Assembly: GCA_051294905.1 (NCBI GenBank)
Contig: CM119373.1
Location: 186,001 to 248,000 of the forward strand
Source of the DNA: Botryllus schlosseri
Lineage: Eukaryota
Reading direction: 5' to 3'
DNA length: 62,000 nt
Shown: positions 1 to 10,746 of the stretch, piece by piece
How the letters are laid out: every line of letters begins with the position of its first letter
Position numbering within the stretch: the stretch's first letter is position 1
Program-made: the position numbers and the translations under genes
The notes under the pieces: model-generated
What the model was told of the DNA's origin: nothing
Database searches by the model: none
Seen by the model: only the letters and a program-made list of their open reading frames with translations

Positions 1-37
1 TATCAAATTGTCCGGTGTTGTTGTCCGTTTTTAAAAC

Positions 38-560
38 GAAAATGGTATTGTTACCCAGGTAAAAGATAGATTTCCAAGTGAAAACTTTATTGGTACTCAG
101 GTAAATGATAGTTTTCCAAACGAAAAGGGTTTGTTAGCCAGGGAGAAAATATATTTCTAAAAGAAAATGATTAGTTACTCTAGGTAAAAGTATTTTTCCA
201 AGTGAAAATGATATTTTTACTCAAGTAAACGACGGACTACCGAGTGAAAATGGTTTGTTGCTCAGAGAAAAAATATATTTCCAAGTGAAAAGGTTTGTAA
301 CCCAGGGAAAAAATATATTTCCAAGCGAAAAAGGTTTGTTACCCGGGGAAAAAATATATTTCCAAGTGAAAATTGTTTGTTGCTCAGGGAAAAAATATAT
401 TTCCAAGTGAAAAAGGTTTGTTACCCGGGGAAAAAATATATTTCCAAGTGAAAATGGTTTCTTACTCTGGGTAAACGTCAGATCTCCAAAGGAAAATGAT
501 ATGTTTAGTCAGGTAAACGATGGACTGTCAAGTGAAAGTGGTAATTTTACATAGGTAAAC
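38..560. repeat. ~41-bp tandem minisatellite, ~13 copies, degenerate at both ends
   Basis: Unit TTTCCAAGTGAAAAAGGTTTGTTACCCGGGGAAAAAATATA recurs at 40-41 bp spacing, best conserved at 270-470. ORF 221..406 is just its translation. Confidence 0.9.
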
Positions 561-2344
561 GTCGTGGGCTCAGTGTCGTTGGTCTTGTTAAACGTAGCTG
601 TCGAGTTGTACAATATACTTGTCGTGAGTATACAATTACGAAGGGAGAGAATGAAATTGCTATTATGAGTGCCAGAAGGTTGTTGTATGTAGATTTGACA
701 GTAACCCTATTATTCGCATATGACAAACACAATCATGGCCATTAACTAACTTGCTCGGTCTCGATCAATGCAAAAGAGATGATTCGTTTTTTGAAACCGT
801 AGCGAAGACCACATGTAAATCTATGCGATAGACTTCTATCTCCTTACATTCAGCCGTGTCGTTTGCATTTTAATACGGACCCCACATGTATGACATGCAC
901 ATACTAACGCCGTAAACAGAAGTCGATGATTTTGATTATTAAAAATATTTCTTGACTACATCGGAATGTCTATAATGTAGAAAGTAAATACTATCATGGT
1001 GTTGTGTGTTTAATGAAAGCGATTGGTTACAAGTATGTTTTGGGAAAAAAAAATATTTTTCTGTATGTGGCAGTTTGTGAGGAAATGAAAATAGATTGGT
1101 GGTTTTAATTGGATTGTGATTGCACTGTTTTAATGTATGCTTCAACATGGAGACTTGACGCTGAACAACCACTCGATACACTAAACAATTTGTCACTGGT
1201 GTGCAAAGGGTTAGGAAAATTTTAATACAGCTCCATCTACTGGTTGTTTTGTTGTGAGGACAATCATGCGATGACTCGGCACTTTTCGGTAGCAAAGTAG
1301 ATTGATCTCTGTGAAAGATGTAGGGACCGTGACTAGAAAACATATGTACTCTGTTGTTGGAGTATCTGGTTTATTGTTATGACATTGACAGAACCCTCGG
1401 GAAGTGGGTATGCTTTTCTTTCACGAAAGTTTACACGGCTCCGTTGTAATGAATTTCTGTTAACTAAACTTGGATGGATACCGCAACTGTGCTCGACTTA
1501 CACATGGTATTCGCATACTGCACGCATACAAACTTTTGTGTAAACAACTCTGATGTTTCTGTTCGTACTAGTTCTGTGTTGAACTATTTGATTATTAAGA
1601 TACATGAACAACCATTCAGACAATAAAGTTCTTGTGACATCGAAACAGTTTGAAAGTCCCACCAATCATTGTACAGGTTCGTAGCATGGGAATATCGAAT
1701 ATTTTCGTGTGTCATGAATATCTTTCTTATACACTTAGTATGAAATGAGATAATAATTAGTGTCCTACAAAAGTAAAACATGTTGTGTTTGATTGCATAC
1801 TTTTTATCGTTGTTCGTTGTGGTTTTGAAAGATGGATGAGTTAACATTTAAATATAGTAAGCGGAACAACTCAAGTAATAAATTTTACTCGTTTGAAAAT
1901 CGGTTCGTTTGAAAATATCGATCAACGGAGTAACTGTATCAATATGAATGGTATATTATTTTTTGCGATATGTACCAACCTTCTAAGTATAACTTGTCAA
2001 AAATTTATCATGCCATAGAAAAGTCGGTTGTTACGAATTCGACACAAATGTACTTCGATTATTACGATGATGGAAATTACGATCAACGGAGTATTTCGAG
2101 GTGGATGTGTATCGTTTGGTATGTTCACCAATCACTAAATGTCGGTTAGTTAAACGATACATTTACAAGTTTACCGAAATCTTGATTTACAAACGACAGC
2201 TTGATGATGTAAAGCTCAACCTCTCAAATGTGTTCATTGCAAAGTATTTGACCCAAACAAAATATCGAATGGAGACCAACACATTGGTTTCATTTCCGAG
2301 TGGGTGAACATTTTTTCTGTTGGACCTATATGATTTACATTTAG

Positions 2345-2560
2345 AAAAACGATCTACACCGATTAGGTGACACTGTTTAATATCCAGCGAGTGAGTGAAA
2401 TTTCTTAGGGTTTTGATTTACCGAGTTAATTATCAGCGATGACCAGGTATGATTTGTATTTATAAAAGCGACCCACACCGATTAGGCGACACTGTTTAAT
2501 ATCTAATGAGTGAGTGAAATTTCTTAGGGGTTTGATTTATCGAGTTAACTACCAGCGATT
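2345..2560. repeat. Direct duplication of ~95 bp (period ~120 bp)
   Basis: ACACCGATTAGG(T/C)GACACTGTTTAATATC...GAGTGAGTGAAATTTCTTAGGG...CAGCGAT occurs at ~2347-2440 and ~2466-2559. Confidence 0.85.
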
Positions 2561-4509
2561 CAATCACATCCAAGTAACGTATTTTAGTGACCGAGTATTG
2601 TGACGAATGACAATGGGAAAATTTCCAATTTCTCTGATCGTGTGCGTTACACAATTAGTTCTATAGTACGCATTCAGTGAACATCATACAAATTGACAAC
2701 AACTTTCCTTAGTTTGGTTACATGATGACAATTATTCTGGAGGTTCAAATCGATATCGCTACTATGAACAGCAATACAAACACATTTTTGTAGATTTCAG
2801 TGTAGCACATACTTCGATATTATTGTTATGGGTTTTGTATTAACCAAGACCAGTTGAATAGAATCGATCCAGTAAAGATACCTCTATTTACTTTTTTGAT
2901 GATCAAAGTCTTAGAGTGTGACTTCGTAATGTTTTTACATTTCACGCATTTTCGACAGAGAGTGTGAACAGAGTTTAACACAGATTAAATGACACCGCCC
3001 CGGAGCCCAAAGTGATATTTTCGTACTGCGTAATGTGCGTATGTTTCATTTCGATGTCGCAGATTCCGACAATAAAGTATTTCACCGGTTGTTAATCAGC
3101 AAACGAAATTGTTGTTTCATCTTTAGTTTGGTTACTGGAAACAATTACATTTGTAAAATATTTTCTGATATCCGCGATACGCAGAGTGATATGTACCAAG
3201 GTGGAATAATTTTTTCAATCATGAACATTTCAGACACGCATAGTTTTACAACTCGATATGTTAATAACAACGGTACTGAAAAGATTGTTGTTGTCATAAT
3301 AACCTTTACCACAACGCCGGGTCTAATTAACACGAATAATTTAATAATCAAGTCATGATCAACTATTACATATGGTACATCAATGTATCAATCCTTATGT
3401 TTACAGAATGGTAACTTTCGATATAACACCAGCGTTCGATTGTAAGAAATGAAGTCGCAACTATACGTTGATCAGACTTTCAAATCTCGTATACTCAAAC
3501 ATATTATGTTAATCTCAAGTCACCTGCAGCGGGTAGTAATTACTTTTGTCTTACAAAATAGTAACGACTTTTACAGTTGAATAAAAAATACGAGTTGGCG
3601 GACTATCGATACAACCGAACTTGCTATGGATTTTGGATTGTAGTGATTACTCGCGTAGTCTTGTCTACTTTTCGTAAGGATACTGTTGAGTTGGTTGGGT
3701 AAGTTACAAACGGATTGACTTGACAAGGTTTTTGTATTTTACTCTTTTGTGTATGGCAAGATGTTAAAATGTTGAGATGTCATAGTGATAGTATTTCTGA
3801 AACTATCTTTGCCAAACGGAAAGTCCGATCGCGAATATAGTTGTGATATTTCATTACTTGTTTCAAATCAATATGCGTATAATTTCGAAATGTGACTGGG
3901 TGAAAGTTGGTAGTTATGTTTGTCAATCTATTTCAATTCAGATTATGTCAAAGTCGAGATATTTCATTTTGGATTATCTGAATTTACCTTTAGTACATCC
4001 CGCGAATGGATTCCGACGCCGCACTATAACATTTTTGATAATAAGGACTCAAGGATTTTCAATCAACAATAGGCCTACCTGATTTTTTGGTAATGCTAGA
4101 GTTGGCAAATGATAAGTTGCGTGTTTTTGTTAAGCGTTTGATTTCTCAGTAATAAATACAATTATTGTATGTGCATACTTGTGATTCTTGATTCTTGTTT
4201 AGTTAGTTGGTATTGATTCTATAGGTGTGAAACAACAGCGTGGAATGTGTGAATAATTCGATGCGACTGAAGTTGGAGTCAGCAATATTCAAGTTACGTT
4301 CGAATCAACTGATCGTGGTAAATGGATTTCTCAAAGGGTTAGAGTTGTACCGGATCAATACATTCAAATACGAATCAACTTGGTTTGTGTAGTGAGTTTC
4401 ATTTCAAGTTGACAAATTGACACATTGATTGAATATTCTCATGATTCGCATCACGCAACCAAAGTCAACGTGAAACATATAGCGATCGCGGAAAGTATCA
4501 AATCTTGGA

Positions 4510-5010
4510 TATTCAAGTCACCGTCTGCGCCGGTTCTGTTATTCGGTGCTTATTACTTAATAGGTAATATTCTTATTATATCAGACTCGTGAAATCCAGT
4601 TCTGTACCAAACTACCAACATATTACATTGTAGCGATTGGGATGTATGTAACCACAAGTCACGAGAGATGGTTATGTCTTATAGGCGTTATCTTGTGCGC
4701 GATCGTAGGATTTTAGAATTATTTCGCACCTTTTTGAATAAGCGTACACTTCACAAAGGATTAGGGTTATAGTAGAAATAAGTGGCAATTTGTCGCTATT
4801 CAAGTTACCGACACTGGCGGTCTGTTATTCGTCACTTATTAAATCTTACGAGTGAAATCAAGTTCTGTGACAAACTGCTTACGAAAATTTCACCGCGTGA
4901 GCGATCGATATGCCTGTAACACGAAGCCGCGAAAGATGGTTATGTCCGAGACATTATCTTGTCAGCGATCGCGGGGTTTTGCAAACTATTTCACACCTAT
5001 TTGAAGTGTT
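4510..5010. repeat. Diverged direct duplication (period ~290 bp)
   Basis: ATTCAAGT..TCTGTTATTCG..GTGAAATC(C/A)AGTTCTGT..AGATGGTTATGTC..TTATCTTGT..GCGATCG..ATTTC(G/A)CACCT occurs in the same order from ~4511 and ~4798. Confidence 0.7.
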
Positions 5011-5334
5011 AGTTTGTGAACGCGGTTATTGTTGGTATTGGAATCGCCGTCTACGCCAGCTCTCTGGTAAACTAATTGCCCAAACATTACTATGCGACTG
5101 ATTCCTAGATTTAGCAAACTATTTCACACCTTTTTGCTGAAAGTACGAGGCACCGTCGCAGCATATACCTGAAAGTACGAATCACCGCGGTCATAAGAAT
5201 AACGATATTTTAAAGTCGCACTCGCCGTAAACGTTGGGATTACCTGGAATCGGTCATATATAATAATTTGGGATATACACATTAACTAAGCACCAATCAC
5301 ATGACTATTTACCATACCTGATACATATTCCACA

Positions 5335-5700
5335 CCATGCGAGAGATGCCTATACTCGAAAGTACGAATTACCACCACGGCACCGGTTGAGCGATCCGTA
5401 TACCGAAAAGTGTTACCGGTCGAGAGATGCCTATACCCAGGCAACGGTTGAGCGATCCCTATGCCGAAAAGGGTTACCGGTTCAACACGAGTTTCGAGGC
5501 ACCGGTTGAGTGATCCCTATACCGAAAAGGGTCACCGGTTCAAGACGAGTTTCGAGGCACCGGTCGAGAGATCCCTATACCGAAAAGGGTTACCGGTCGA
5601 GAGATGCCTATACCAACCCAGGCACCGGTCGGGTGGAAGGGGGGTCTGAAAGGGTCACCGGTTCAGGACGAGTTTCGCGGCACCGGTCGAGTGCACCCAT
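5335..5700. repeat. Subterminal GC-richer tandem array (~59-bp composite unit)
   Basis: GGCACCGGTTGAGCGATCCCTATACCGAAAAGGGTTACCGGT and variants repeat about 6 times. Confidence 0.85.
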
Positions 5701-6861
5701 AAGACACAATGGCGCATCATGACCGATCTATATAACTACTAACATAGCGCGAAGTAATTCATGATTTCGGAAAAATATTAGTTGATAGCTAATTGAAATG
5801 AGATATATTGATTTAAAAGACTCTGTTACAAGTCTTACCACAATGTGATTCCTGCCCAGTGCTATGAATATCAAAGCGGAAATTCGGTGTGGTGCGGGTA
5901 GACGGTGGGAGTAAATCGTCGCCCGACGCTTCAATCAGTGCGCAAAAGTAGCCCTCGGTTGCAAAAAGGTTGTTGAGCCCTGCACTATGGTATGTGCTTT
6001 CAACTGAATTCACAAAACAAATATCTGGCACAGACAATGTTTCTGAAACTTGATGAATTTATTGTAATGAAATTTGCCTTATCAGACTTGAAAAGCAGAA
6101 TAAGGCAAAACACAAATCCGGACATAGTAGGCCGACCATTTACATGACTTGAGACAATTGTGAAGGATGAAAAGACAGTTATTATCATTGAAGCACATTG
6201 AGAATTGGGTTAGCGTAAAACAGAAAGTGGATAACAACAGGCTCTAGTCTCAGGCTGGCTTATAGGATTTCATTGTGGGTTTATTGAAGTTGTCATACTT
6301 CTGATGGTGTAGCAGCTACACTGTAGCTCAACAACTTGCAGCATACTTTTTTTTGGCGCTCATCATCTGTGATGATCGAAGCAGAAGTCGGTGTTGAGTT
6401 CAACTCCTCGTTCAGCAGCGTCATTAACGACTTTGAAACTACTTATAAAATGGCATATTAGTCATTGTCGTCACCCACTATGGTATGTGCTTAAACCTAT
6501 GTATTGAGATTATTATTTCTGTTTCCGAAGAACACCGAGAACGTTTTCTGACAGAATGCATTGTTAGTTGAGAATCAGGACCCCCATTTAAACTCAACTA
6601 CCATGATATTTTGAGAAGAAGCCTAGTATCGTGAGCTTTTGACATTTGCACAATGTACGTAGGTATTTTGGGCGTATTCGCTACTGTGACAACGTCTTGG
6701 ACAGTACAGGCCTGAGTTTTTGTGTTCGGAGGTGGGGGGGGGTCATCTTTCATTCAGACGCATTAAATACTGCAAACCTAGTGCGGATTACGCGAATTGG
6801 AGCTACTATAAAGATGAAATTACATTCATATACAATATGTCTTTGATTAACATTTACTGAG

Positions 6862-7071
6862 TGTGATGACCTTTATTTCACAGAGTATCCAAGGCTTTTA
6901 TTAACTGAAAACGAGCACTATACGCAACACAGCTAGGCCAGCAACTATAAGGTACCAAGAAATGACAAATTAGGAGCGAGACAATATATAGAGGAAAAGA
7001 CAGGTAATCAAGTAATAATTGGTTTAACTAAATATAAAGGACGAGACAATCGCGCACAAGAATTCACCACT
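6862..7071 (-). repeat. 3' LTR of the Gypsy element
   Basis: Matches 9467-9676 except for two internal substitutions and the PPT-side terminal base. Confidence 0.95.
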
Positions 7072-7125
7072 ATCTCCCCGCCCAAAAGGAAATCGTACAA
7101 TACGTAGAAGGAATTGGCAATTGGC

Positions 7126-8610
7126 TTAATATCGAAAACGATCGGGGGCTTTACGGATTCTGGTAGACCGGCGTAAAGGCGGACTATCATTATCTTCTGC
7201 CGTCTGCGGGCTGGCTTGGTCCAATACGACTTCTGGACCAGTAGGTGAGTTACGCTGATCACAAGGATCGGTGTCGTCAAGTTCAACATGTTCCGCAGCG
7301 GCTCTTGAATCGATGTCATCTCGGTTCTTCGGATAGGGCGCTAAATCTTTCACCGAAACTCTCGATTCCGTACCATTGCGATAACGGACAGCGGCATACT
7401 TCGAATTTGCATCCAGCAAATCCACGGGCTCACACAAGGGTTCATCCTTGCTTCTGACGTGCTTGCGTAGCAGAACAGTATCACTTTGAAGCAACCAATC
7501 TGGTAAAGATTGCCCGAACGTAGACTTACGAGGGAATGCGAAAAACCTTTCGTGCGGAGTAACATTAGTTGCAGTGCACAGCAATGAACGCACAGAATGA
7601 AGAGCATCGGGAAGTACCATTTCCCAGTCATCTTCGCGCATTTTCTGAGAGGCCAGCTGAAGCTTAACAGTTCTCCATATCGTTTGGTTCACTCTTTCGC
7701 ACTGAAAGTTTCCAGTCGGGTGATAAGGCGTCGAATGACTGCTCGCAATCCCCCTTTTCGCAAGGAAGGTCTTCACCTCTCTGGAAAGAAACGACATCCC
7801 CCGGTCACTATGGATATAGTTAGGAGCGCCGACAAGTGAGAACAACTGAGACAATCGATTGATTACCGTTCTCGAAGACATATCCCTACAAGGGTAGGCA
7901 AACGGAAAACGACTGAACTCGTCAATGATTATCAAAAGATACTTATTTCTGCCAGCAACGGGGCCTTTGAAATCAATACTCAGTCGCTCCATTGGTTTCG
8001 TAGCTTTAATCAACGAGCACTCCTCCGCCGGCCGAAAATAACGAGGCTTGATTCTGGCGCACTCCATGCACGATAGGCATTCGGCTTTAACGTCATTAAT
8101 CGAAAAGGGCAGATTCTTAGCCCTGACGAAATGCATAAGCCTCCGAACTCCCGGGTGTCCTAAATTAACATGTGCCTCCCGCAATGCTGAAATAGAATGA
8201 ACAGAAAATATCCTTGATATGGCATCAGCAGCAAAATTCTGTATTCCAGGACGATGCTCAATTTCATAATCGAATGCACTAAGTTCAAGTTTCCACAGTA
8301 GAAGCTTTGTGTTTTTAATTTTACTCTGATGACATTTCTTGAAAATGAAGGACAGAGCCTTTTGGTCAGTAACCAACTTGAACCTTTTACCGTGAAGCAG
8401 ATATCCCCATCTGCGTAAACCTTCTATGATAGCTGCAGCTTCCTTCTCAACGGCCGGGTAGTTCTGTTCCGTCTTATTGAGCGTTCTAGACGCGAACGCG
8501 ACTGGCCTACCTTTCTGGCTCAAAACAGCAGCGACAGCAGAGTTTGATGCGTCACACTCCACAACAAACGGAGAATCATCACATATGTATCCCAGGCTGG
8601 CTTCCAGCAA
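7126..8610 (-). CDS. pol: Gypsy pol: RNase H + integrase
   Basis: RNase H motifs ECDAS, VAFASRTL, EKEA, TDQK; integrase HHCC (AHVNLGHPG...CMEC) and DDE core (SIDFKG, HSDRG, ERVN). Confidence 0.95.
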   Translation of the reverse strand: MLEASLGYICDDSPFVVECDASNSAVAAVLSQKGRPVAFASRTLNKTEQNYPAVEKEAAAIIEGLRRWGYLLHGKRFKLVTDQKALSFIFKKCHQSKIKNTKLLLWKLELSAFDYEIEHRPGIQNFAADAISRIFSVHSISALREAHVNLGHPGVRRLMHFVRAKNLPFSINDVKAECLSCMECARIKPRYFRPAEECSLIKATKPMERLSIDFKGPVAGRNKYLLIIIDEFSRFPFAYPCRDMSSRTVINRLSQLFSLVGAPNYIHSDRGMSFLSREVKTFLAKRGIASSHSTPYHPTGNFQCERVNQTIWRTVKLQLASQKMREDDWEMVLPDALHSVRSLLCTATNVTPHERFFAFPRKSTFGQSLPDWLLQSDTVLLRKHVRSKDEPLCEPVDLLDANSKYAAVRYRNGTESRVSVKDLAPYPKNRDDIDSRAAAEHVELDDTDPCDQRNSPTGPEVVLDQASPQTAEDNDSPPLRRSTRIRKAPDRFRY

Positions 8611-8665
8611 ACCATCTTTGAGCTTCCGAAAAGCGTTCGACGCCTCCTGCCCCAGTGGATACCCT

Positions 8666-9436
8666 CTATTTTCTGTTAAGAGGTTTCAGCTTTTCTGAAA
8701 AATTGACAATTAATTTAGAGTAATGCGCAAACATACCAATGCATCGCTTCATTTCTGCAGCATTTCCAGGTGGTTTCATTTCCATGAGCGGTCGCAGATT
8801 TTCAGGATCGGGTCTGATATCACCGTGGGATACGCAGTGGCCTAGAAGTCTGAGCTTTTTCACTGAAAAAACGGATTTTTCTAGGTTCAGTGTTAAATTA
8901 CGCAATTTTGCAGCTTCCATGAAGGCCTTCAGACGTCTTTCGTGTTCCTCCTGTGATCGCCCAATGATCGTGTTGTCATCAAGATATGCCACCGTACCTT
9001 CCAGCTTATTGCGATCGATGAACGTGTCAATGAAACGCTGGAAAGCTGAAACACCATTAGTCACACCAAATGGAACTCTACGAAACTGATACAGCCGCCC
9101 ATTCGCCTCAAACGCTGTTGGCGGCTTGTCGTCATCCGACAAGGGAATCTGATGGTAGGCGGACTTTAAATCAACAGAGCTATAAACGCTACCTTTCGCT
9201 ATCTCGTTGACGACCTCGTCAATTTTCGGCAGAGGATATGCGTCCAGATATGTATAACGGTTTATCGTTTGTGAATAGTCAATAACCATCCGTCTTTTAT
9301 GTCTGTCGCCTTGGGTTACGACAACTTGCGCCCTCCAGGGCGAGGAAGTCCTTTCTATTATCCCTTCCCCCAACATTCTCTCAATCTCGGAATTGATGAA
9401 AGATTTATCCTGGCGGGAATAATACCTCGATTTTGT
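8666..9436 (-). pseudogene. pol: Gypsy pol: reverse transcriptase, frameshifted relative to RNase H-IN
   Basis: SSPWRAQ, IDYSQTIN, YPLPKID, DLKSAYHQIP, PFGVTNG, YLDD. The frame is open upstream to ~9436 (TKSRYYS...) and stops at 8666, out of frame with the downstream ORF. Confidence 0.93.
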
Positions 9437-9466
9437 TGTATAGTGCTCGTTTTCAGTTAATAAAAT

Positions 9467-9676
9467 TGTGATGACCTTTATTTCACAGAGTAACCAAGGC
9501 TTTTACTAACTGAAAACGAGCACTATACGCAACACAGCTAGGCCAGCAACTATAAGGTACCAAGAAATGACAAATTAGGAGCGAGACAATATATAGAGGA
9601 AAAGACAGGTAATCAAGTAATAATTGGTTTAACTAAATATAAAGGACGAGACAATCGCGCACAAGAATTCACCACA
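9467..9676 (-). repeat. 5' LTR of the Gypsy element
   Basis: On minus begins TGTGGTG and ends CATCACA; contains a TATA-like CTATATAT and an AATAAA. Confidence 0.95.
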
Positions 9677-10746
9677 CTGAGTTTAAACAAGCTGAAAATG
9701 CCTGTATTCGTTCATACATAGGCCTACCACGCGGCTACCTATGCCAAATACGGGAAGGTGAAACACATTTGGAATGTATAGGAATGTAAGTATGTTCAAT
9801 CGTCAAAAAGATAATTCAACCTGATATTTCCCAGCTCTACTCAGCCGTTTTCTACCGCAAACTTCACTTAAGCTGCAAGCCAGGAATGGTGAATCGTCGG
9901 TAGTAAGGAGAATTGGCCCGTGGGTCTTTGGGGGCTTTGCGCACAAGGAAGATCGCGATGAAAATCACCAAAATCGCTTTTAGAAGTGTTTTTATGCACT
10001 AAACTATCATTTGCAATTACGCAAAACAAGATTTCAAAAAAATGCCCAAATCTGGATAACCCTAATGGTCAGAGTAGTAGTCGTCCTTACTACCTTTCAA
10101 GTGTAAGTAGAAAGTGAAGTTCGGAAAAGTAGGCTATTGGGGTGAGTAGTTTAAAAAAATGGTCGCAGTCGAAATGTCGACACTTATGGCATGAAGTCGT
10201 AGGTGCATGCTTCTCAACAGAGATGGTTAGAATAGTAGTTGTTTTCAGCACTCACGTAGAAGTATTTGTAGTGTCATCAATGGAGTTAAGCACTCACGTA
10301 GAAGAATTTGTAGTGTCATCAATGGAGTAGAAGTAGTAGTAACGCCATGTATTTCCACTCTGGTACAAGCAGTGATTTACAAGGCTTGTCAAAACTACTT
10401 TATGTGAAAGTATAAATTCTGAAAAGTACTCAATATCTACTTTGGATGCTTCCAGGGTTGTAACCAAGTCACAAGTCAATCTCACTCGAGTCAAATCGAG
10501 TCATTTTCAGTTCACCACCGAGTCAAGTCCAAGTCGGCGAGTATAGGGTCGAGTCCGAGTCATGGTATTATGACTCGAGTCCAATTCATTGCGTTGACTG
10601 CTCAGTTTCCAGTTGAATTCTTGTTTAATCCACTTTTTATAACTCTGTTCGGTGATATCAACGGTTCGCATTTATAATATAGGCTACTAAATTTTCTCAT
10701 CTTCAACAGTTTCGAGTCGCATTTTTAAGTACCGCTACCATTAGAT

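Larger units (their letters stand above)
1..5740. mobile_element. Probable right end of a decayed Polinton/Maverick-like element
   Basis: Ends in ...GACCGATCTATATAACTACT at 5740 (reverse complement AGTAGTTATATAG..., the AGT-microsatellite terminus typical of Polintons). It is preceded by a GC-richer subterminal repeat array, internal duplications and stop-riddled intronless coding-like stretches. No hallmark protein recognised; the other end is outside the window. Confidence 0.5.
6862..9676 (-). mobile_element. Ty3/Gypsy LTR retrotransposon, internally deleted (no gag/protease)
   Basis: ~210-bp LTRs at 6862-7071 and 9467-9676, outer TG...CA termini, 5-bp TSD CTGAG (6857-6861 / 9677-9681), polypurine tract GGGCGGGGAGA next to the 3' LTR, RT-RNaseH-IN order. 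Confidence 0.97.

Noticed and set aside
38..560. CRISPR-like regular repeats
   Set aside because: Units are head-to-tail without unique spacers, there are no cas genes, and the context is eukaryotic.
5461..5722. Arg-rich ORFs 5461..5649 and 5510..5722
   Set aside because: They are translations of the tandem array.
5727..5760. Helitron 5' end (TCTATATA...)
   Set aside because: No downstream hairpin/CTRR end or Rep-helicase found; the ACTACT terminus after a repeat array fits a Polinton end better, though a Helitron is not excluded.
7008..9089. Small overlapping or antisense ORFs in the Gypsy element
   Set aside because: Alternative-frame shadows of pol with no motifs.
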